The position numbers were made by a program, and so were the translations under genes. From contig NC_068986.1 in NCBI RefSeq assembly GCF_001194135.2, positions 6,869,026 through 6,933,025 of the forward strand: a DNA stretch of 64,000 nt, read 5' to 3'. Of this stretch, positions 1 to 64,000 are shown piece by piece. Origin of the DNA: Octopus bimaculoides (Eukaryota). Position 1 is the stretch's first letter, and each line of letters begins with the position of its first letter. The notes beneath the pieces are model-generated. The model did no database searches and had not been told where the DNA came from. It saw only the letters and a program-made list of their open reading frames with translations.

Positions 1-230
1 GGCAAGAGAGATGAGTGAGTTAGATAAATATGTTATAAAGTAATGAAGGCTAAAAGAAACTCAGATCTTAAGATGAGGGATCTTATAAAAGGGGCCGAGA
101 TAATTGATAATAGCAGACCTATCCCACCTAACCTAGTAATTAAGCTAAGCTATTTTATTTTATTTTCAGCTTGTGTGTGTGTGTGTGTGTGTGAGTGAGT
201 ATATATATATATATATATATATGTATACAT

Positions 231-1250
231 ATCATTATCGTTTAACGTCTGCTTTCCATGCTAGCATGGGTTGCATGATTTGACTGAGGACTGGCGAACC
301 AGATGGCTGCACCAGGCTCCAATCTGATCTGGCAGAGTTTCTACAGCTGGATGCCCTTCCTAACGCCAACCACTCCGAGAGTGTAGTGGGTGTTTTTATG
401 TGCCATCAACACGAGGGCCAGTCAGGCGGTACTGGCAACGGCCACGCACAAATGGTGTTTTTTACGTGCCACCTGCACAGGAGCCAGTCCAGTGGCACTG
501 GCAATGACCTTGCTCAAATGTTCTTTTCACGTGCCACCGGCATGGAAACCAGACAGCTGCTCTGGCAATGATCACACTCGGACGGTGTTGTTAGTGCTCC
601 ACTGGCACGGGTGCCAGTCATTGAATTTGGTTCAATTACGATTTCGATTTCACTTGCCCCAACAGGTCTTCGCAAGCAGAGTTTAGTGTCCAATGAAGTA
701 AAGGTACGAATAAGTGGGCTGGCTACACCCCTGGCAGAGGCCACGGATTATGGTCTCCCTTGGCTTGCCGGGTCTTCTCATGCACAGCATATTTCCAAAG
801 GTTTCGGTCATTAGTCATTGCCTCGGTGAGGCCTGATGTTCGAAGGTCATGCTTCACCACCTCATGTCAGGTCTACTTCTTCCACAGGTTCCCTCAACCG
901 CTAGGCTGTGGCACTTTTTTACACAGCTATCCTCATCCATTCTCGCCACATGACCATACCAGCGCAATCGTCTCTCTTGCACACCACAACTGATGCTTCT
1001 TAGGTCCAACTTTTCTCTCAAGGTACTTACATTCTGTTGAGTATGCACACTGACATTACACATCCATCAGAGCATACTGGCTTCATTTCTTGCGAGCTTA
1101 CGCATGTCATCAGCAGTCACAGACCATGTTTCACTGCCATGTAGCATGGCGGTTTGTACACATGCGTCATACAGTCTGCCTTTTACTCTGAGCGAGAGGC
1201 CCTTTGACACCAGTAGAGGTAAGAGCTCTCTGAACTTTTCCCAGGCTAGT
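231..1250 (-). mobile_element. RTE-clade LINE, 5'-truncated (ORF C-terminus, 3'UTR, (GAT)n tail)
   Basis: ORF 854-1063 ...RRLRWYGHVARMDEDSCVKKC...GRSRP is a typical RTE C-terminus. The 3'UTR with subrepeats is shared with many other copies. Confidence 0.85.
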
Positions 1251-1929
1251 GGTATTTATTATAACCCTAAATTTCTGTTAAAGTCACTAATGAAGGGTAA
1301 TCAACGGTAATCCTGTAGCAATGGAATCAATTGTGTGCCCCATTTATTTTAATTGCAATATATAGAAAGAAAAGGGACAAGTTCGCATAAAATTTGTGCA
1401 AGCCATGTGACTGGTGGTTTTTAATTATTTAAACAAATCTACCATATTTGTTATATATTGCTTAGGAGTTCAAAACACGACAGCAAGTACACATATGACT
1501 GTGCATCATCATGGTGTATAACCATGGGAGAAATTATTGTTATATATATATGTGCACATGTTTGCATAAATATTCATGGATAACAAAATAACAATTTGTG
1601 TGGTTTTATATGTGTATGCATGAGTGTAGCATCCATTTTCCATGTTGGCATGGGTTGGACAGCTTAACAGGATCTGACAAGATGAGGGCCTGCACCAGAT
1701 TCCAGAGTCCGATTTGTTTTGGTTCCTACAGCTGGATGTCCTTCCTAATGCCAACCACTTTACAGAGTGGACTGGATGCTTTTTACATGGCACCATCACC
1801 AATACTTTTTACAAGACACCTTACGATATCAATTCTGCTGTTGTGGGCGGGTATTCTTGTGTACAGTAATACACCACACATTTCTTATGTGTTAATCTCT
1901 ATACCCTTCCGTATTTATCATCATAACCA

Positions 1930-2560
1930 ACTTGCTACAGCCCTTTATGCATCTCTCTTTCTCCTCAGCTCTTACACCTTACCCATCATTCTACTCTCTT
2001 TCTTGAGCCTCTCTTACATCTCTCACCTTACTCCTCTACATAATGGTATTTCTCATCATCTGCACCTCCACCCTTGTTCTTTACACATTACATCAACCCT
2101 TGTTCTTTACACATTACATCAACCCCCATCTGTCTACTCCTCATCACACTCTTATGAAAGCATCCACTCTGTCCTCCTCATATGCTCACCTTCTTGTTTC
2201 TTGTGAGTTTGCTTCAGCACCCCATTGCTACCTTCCTCTTATTTCCTTCAGCTATATATCTCCTCTGTAGCAAGACACCTGTGCTGGACCCTCTATCATA
2301 CTCACGCTTGGCAGACAGCCATTCATCTCCACCTTCCCCTCCCAAATACTTCACAGTTGTGGGAGCTTTTTCCTCCCTTTCCATCCCTATTCTTTTCTGT
2401 ACTGCAAGTTACATGGCAACCTTACTAGTAACCAGTGATATGAAAAAAAAGCACCTGGTACACTCTGTAAAGTGACTGGCATTAGGAAAGGTGTCTAGTC
2501 ATTATAAAGTATGCCAGAGATGACATTGGAGCTCAATGTGGCCCTGCAACCCTGCAAAGA
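1930..2560 (+). mobile_element. RTE 3' fragment, CT-rich 3'UTR variant
   Basis: CT-rich body followed by the shared ...cacctggtacactctgtaaagtg..ggcattaggaa.gg tail; similar at 17560-18250, 31680-32270, 54900-55730. Confidence 0.55.
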
Positions 2561-2810
2561 GATTATAACCCAAAAGTAGACACATACTGGTTTGACTTCA
2601 AAATAAAGAAAACAGGAGAATTTTGCCAAATGAAAATATAAGCAAAATTCATCAAGAATTGTATGATCATAAGCTCTCTTCAAAGCATATCCTTGAAAAC
2701 TTTATTTTCTGAAATATCTTACATTCCACATTTTTAATCTGAAGAATTATTAGATAATAGAAATGGCAGAGTTCAGCTCAAAGATGATTAAAGAAATAAG
2801 TAAAACTCAC

Positions 2811-61704
<58,894 letters not shown>

Positions 61705-62578
61705 CTGAAAATAAACAGATTTTAATCAAATCATAAATACAAGATATATACCATAATTGTTCAAAGAATATTTCATTCATTCAGCCAGGCAACCCTCCTT
61801 CCATTTAAATGGCCTTTTTTACTACTTCTCACTTTCAATTTCTGACCCTAAAATGACCTTCGTCTTACTTAAACATCTTCTCTTCTACTACAAACAGGAT
61901 TTCCCTCATCCTCAGACATTATCCAGCCCAGAACATTCAATTACTGTTTCATCCCAGTTGCAACACCTGTTTTTTCACCTCTCAAACCCATAACCAGCCC
62001 CTCTAGTTACTGACAATTTCTACTGTACCTTGATCATTAAAATATAACTTATACAAACTTTACAACAACATGTTGTATATAGTAGCATTGAAATTCTCTT
62101 CAAATGATCACTTCAAGTAATGTTTTCTTGATTAACATAATAATGTTCAGGGCTCTCAACCCATTCCACAGACCACACCTTACTTGATGGTGCCAGCAAG
62201 CTTAGACCATGAATTTTCTCACATCCACAAACACAACAGCTAATGTGTCATCTTCATCCTATATATTTTCCATACACAGCAGCAAATGCATTCCTTTCAC
62301 TTAATTTTCTTCTTTTTCCTTATTACAAATCTTGCATTTTTTATTGTTCATATTTATTTATTTATTTATTCATTTATTTACACAGCAATTTGTGGACTTT
62401 GGTGTTAGTGGTTGCAAGTCTCCTGTGGATCAATTGCTTCTTCATTGCATTTCTGGCAGTGAAACATGACAAGGGTCATCAGTAACTTAAAACTGAGCAC
62501 TTTCATCTCACAAAAATTCTCTTTAAGGAGCACCAGTTTTTTCTCAATGTTTACATTTTTTACCAATACACATTGAAT

Positions 62579-62618
<40 letters not shown>

Positions 62619-63439
62619 NNNNNNNNNNNNNNNNNNNNNNNNNNNNNNNNNNNNNNNNNNNNNNNNNNNNNNNNNNNNNNNNNNNNNNNNNNNNNNNNNN
62701 NNNNNNNNNNNNNNNNNNNNNNNNNNNNNNNNNNNNNNNNNNNNNNNNNNNNNNNNNNNNNNNNNNNNNNNNNNNNNNNNNNNNNNNNNNNNNNNNNNNN
62801 NNNNNNNNNNNNNNNNNNNNNNNNNNNNNNNNNNNNNNNNNNNNNNNNNNNNNNNNNNNNNNNNNNNNNNNNNNNNNNNNNNNNNNNNNNNNNNNNNNNN
62901 NNNNNNNNNNNNNNNNNNNNNNNNNNNNNNNAGAGAGGAGTAAATTCCACACAATTTCTGATATTCCAACACATTTCTTTCTCATTTTTCTAACAAGTCA
63001 ATTATCACCATCACCTGAAACAACTGAAACCACACGTCACACAAAATTATCATGTTATCCAAATTTTATTTCCAATAAAACTAACTTTTAGAGAAATAAT
63101 ATCAGTGGAATGTAATCTGAAACACACACAACACCAATGTTTATCAAAGAGTTGATTCAAAAAACTCCTGTGACATTACAATTTTCTCTCACATGCTGTC
63201 TTGCAATCTGAAACACTTCAAGTCTCTGGTGCTCACATCACAGAAAACGGCAAACTTCTTTTCTGTTTCTCCCCTGACTAAGTATACCTCTCTCCTAGCT
63301 TTCCTTCTGGCTATGAGATAGTTCTCTGCTACACACACACGCACGCACACACACACACACACACACACATGCATATATGGGTACAGGACGTCAGAAAACA
63401 TAAACAACATGAAAAATGAGAACATGAAATACAAAAACA

Positions 63440-64000
63440 TGGAAAACGAACTAGAATGATGTGGAAGACAACTGGAGGTTTCAACGGGACAACCTGCTGA
63501 GAGCCACTGACCAGATCTGTGGATAGTTCAAAGTCCCCTCTCGACCCAAGGTAACATGGTGGTGGAACAATGTGGTTGACAGGGCTATTAGAGAAGACAC
63601 AGGCTTGGAAGGACTGGAAGAACAGTGGTAGCAGGGAATTGTATCAGACGGCCAGAAGGGAAGCTAGGAGACAGGTTTATTTAGCCAGAGAGGAAGAAAA
63701 AATTTGCCAATGTTTTGAGCCGTGAGGACCAAAGACTTGAAGTATTTCGTGTTGCAAGACAGTGTGTGAGAGAGAATCGTGATGTTGTGGGAGAGAAATG
63801 TGTTCGCATGGATGATGGTACGCTTGCACTAAACGAGGTTGCAAAAAAAGAGGTTTGGAGATGCCACTATGAAAGATTGCTCAATAAAGAGAATGAATGG
63901 GAGAAAGAGAGTCTGCCGAGTGTCGACCCAACAGAGGGACCAGCTATCTGAATTGACAGTACCATGGTAGATAAAGCAATTAAGACTATGAAGACAGGGA
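63440..64000 (+). mobile_element. RTE LINE fragment (region between EN and RT), running off the window
   Basis: EDQRLEVFRVARQCVRENRDVVGEKCVRMDDG..W..HYERLLN.ENEW. Confidence 0.8.

Overview
AT-rich, repeat-dense animal genomic DNA. The repeat families resemble those I know from Octopus/coleoid cephalopods; this is an inference, not verified. One minus-strand gene spans almost the whole window, and both its ends lie outside it. I reconstructed 18 exons by hand (2811..61704, 2748 nt, 916 codons, all splice phases compatible). They encode a MUC4/SUSD2-type extracellular protein: 3x calcium-binding EGF - NIDO - AMOP - divergent VWD - linker - EGFs. It has one probable GC-AG intron and one extra candidate VWD exon with a phase conflict. 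The introns hold RTE LINE fragments, three tRNA-derived SINE families, R4/Dong-like RLE LINEs (including a stack of three), a CsRn1-like Gypsy LTR element, mariner copies (one a foldback with two 5' ends), and hAT and piggyBac MITEs. The most unusual element is at 53076-53907. It is a Penelope-like insertion with a GIY-YIG C-terminus and inverted pseudo-LTRs. Each arm carries a tRNA-like Pol III A/B box followed by a mutated minimal hammerhead ribozyme motif. A second hammerhead-like motif lies at about 60820. There are six N-gaps (8487-9482, 22829-22838, 29569-29789, 39697-40415, 42142-42267, 62619-62931). Repeat boundaries without TSD/TIR evidence are approximate.
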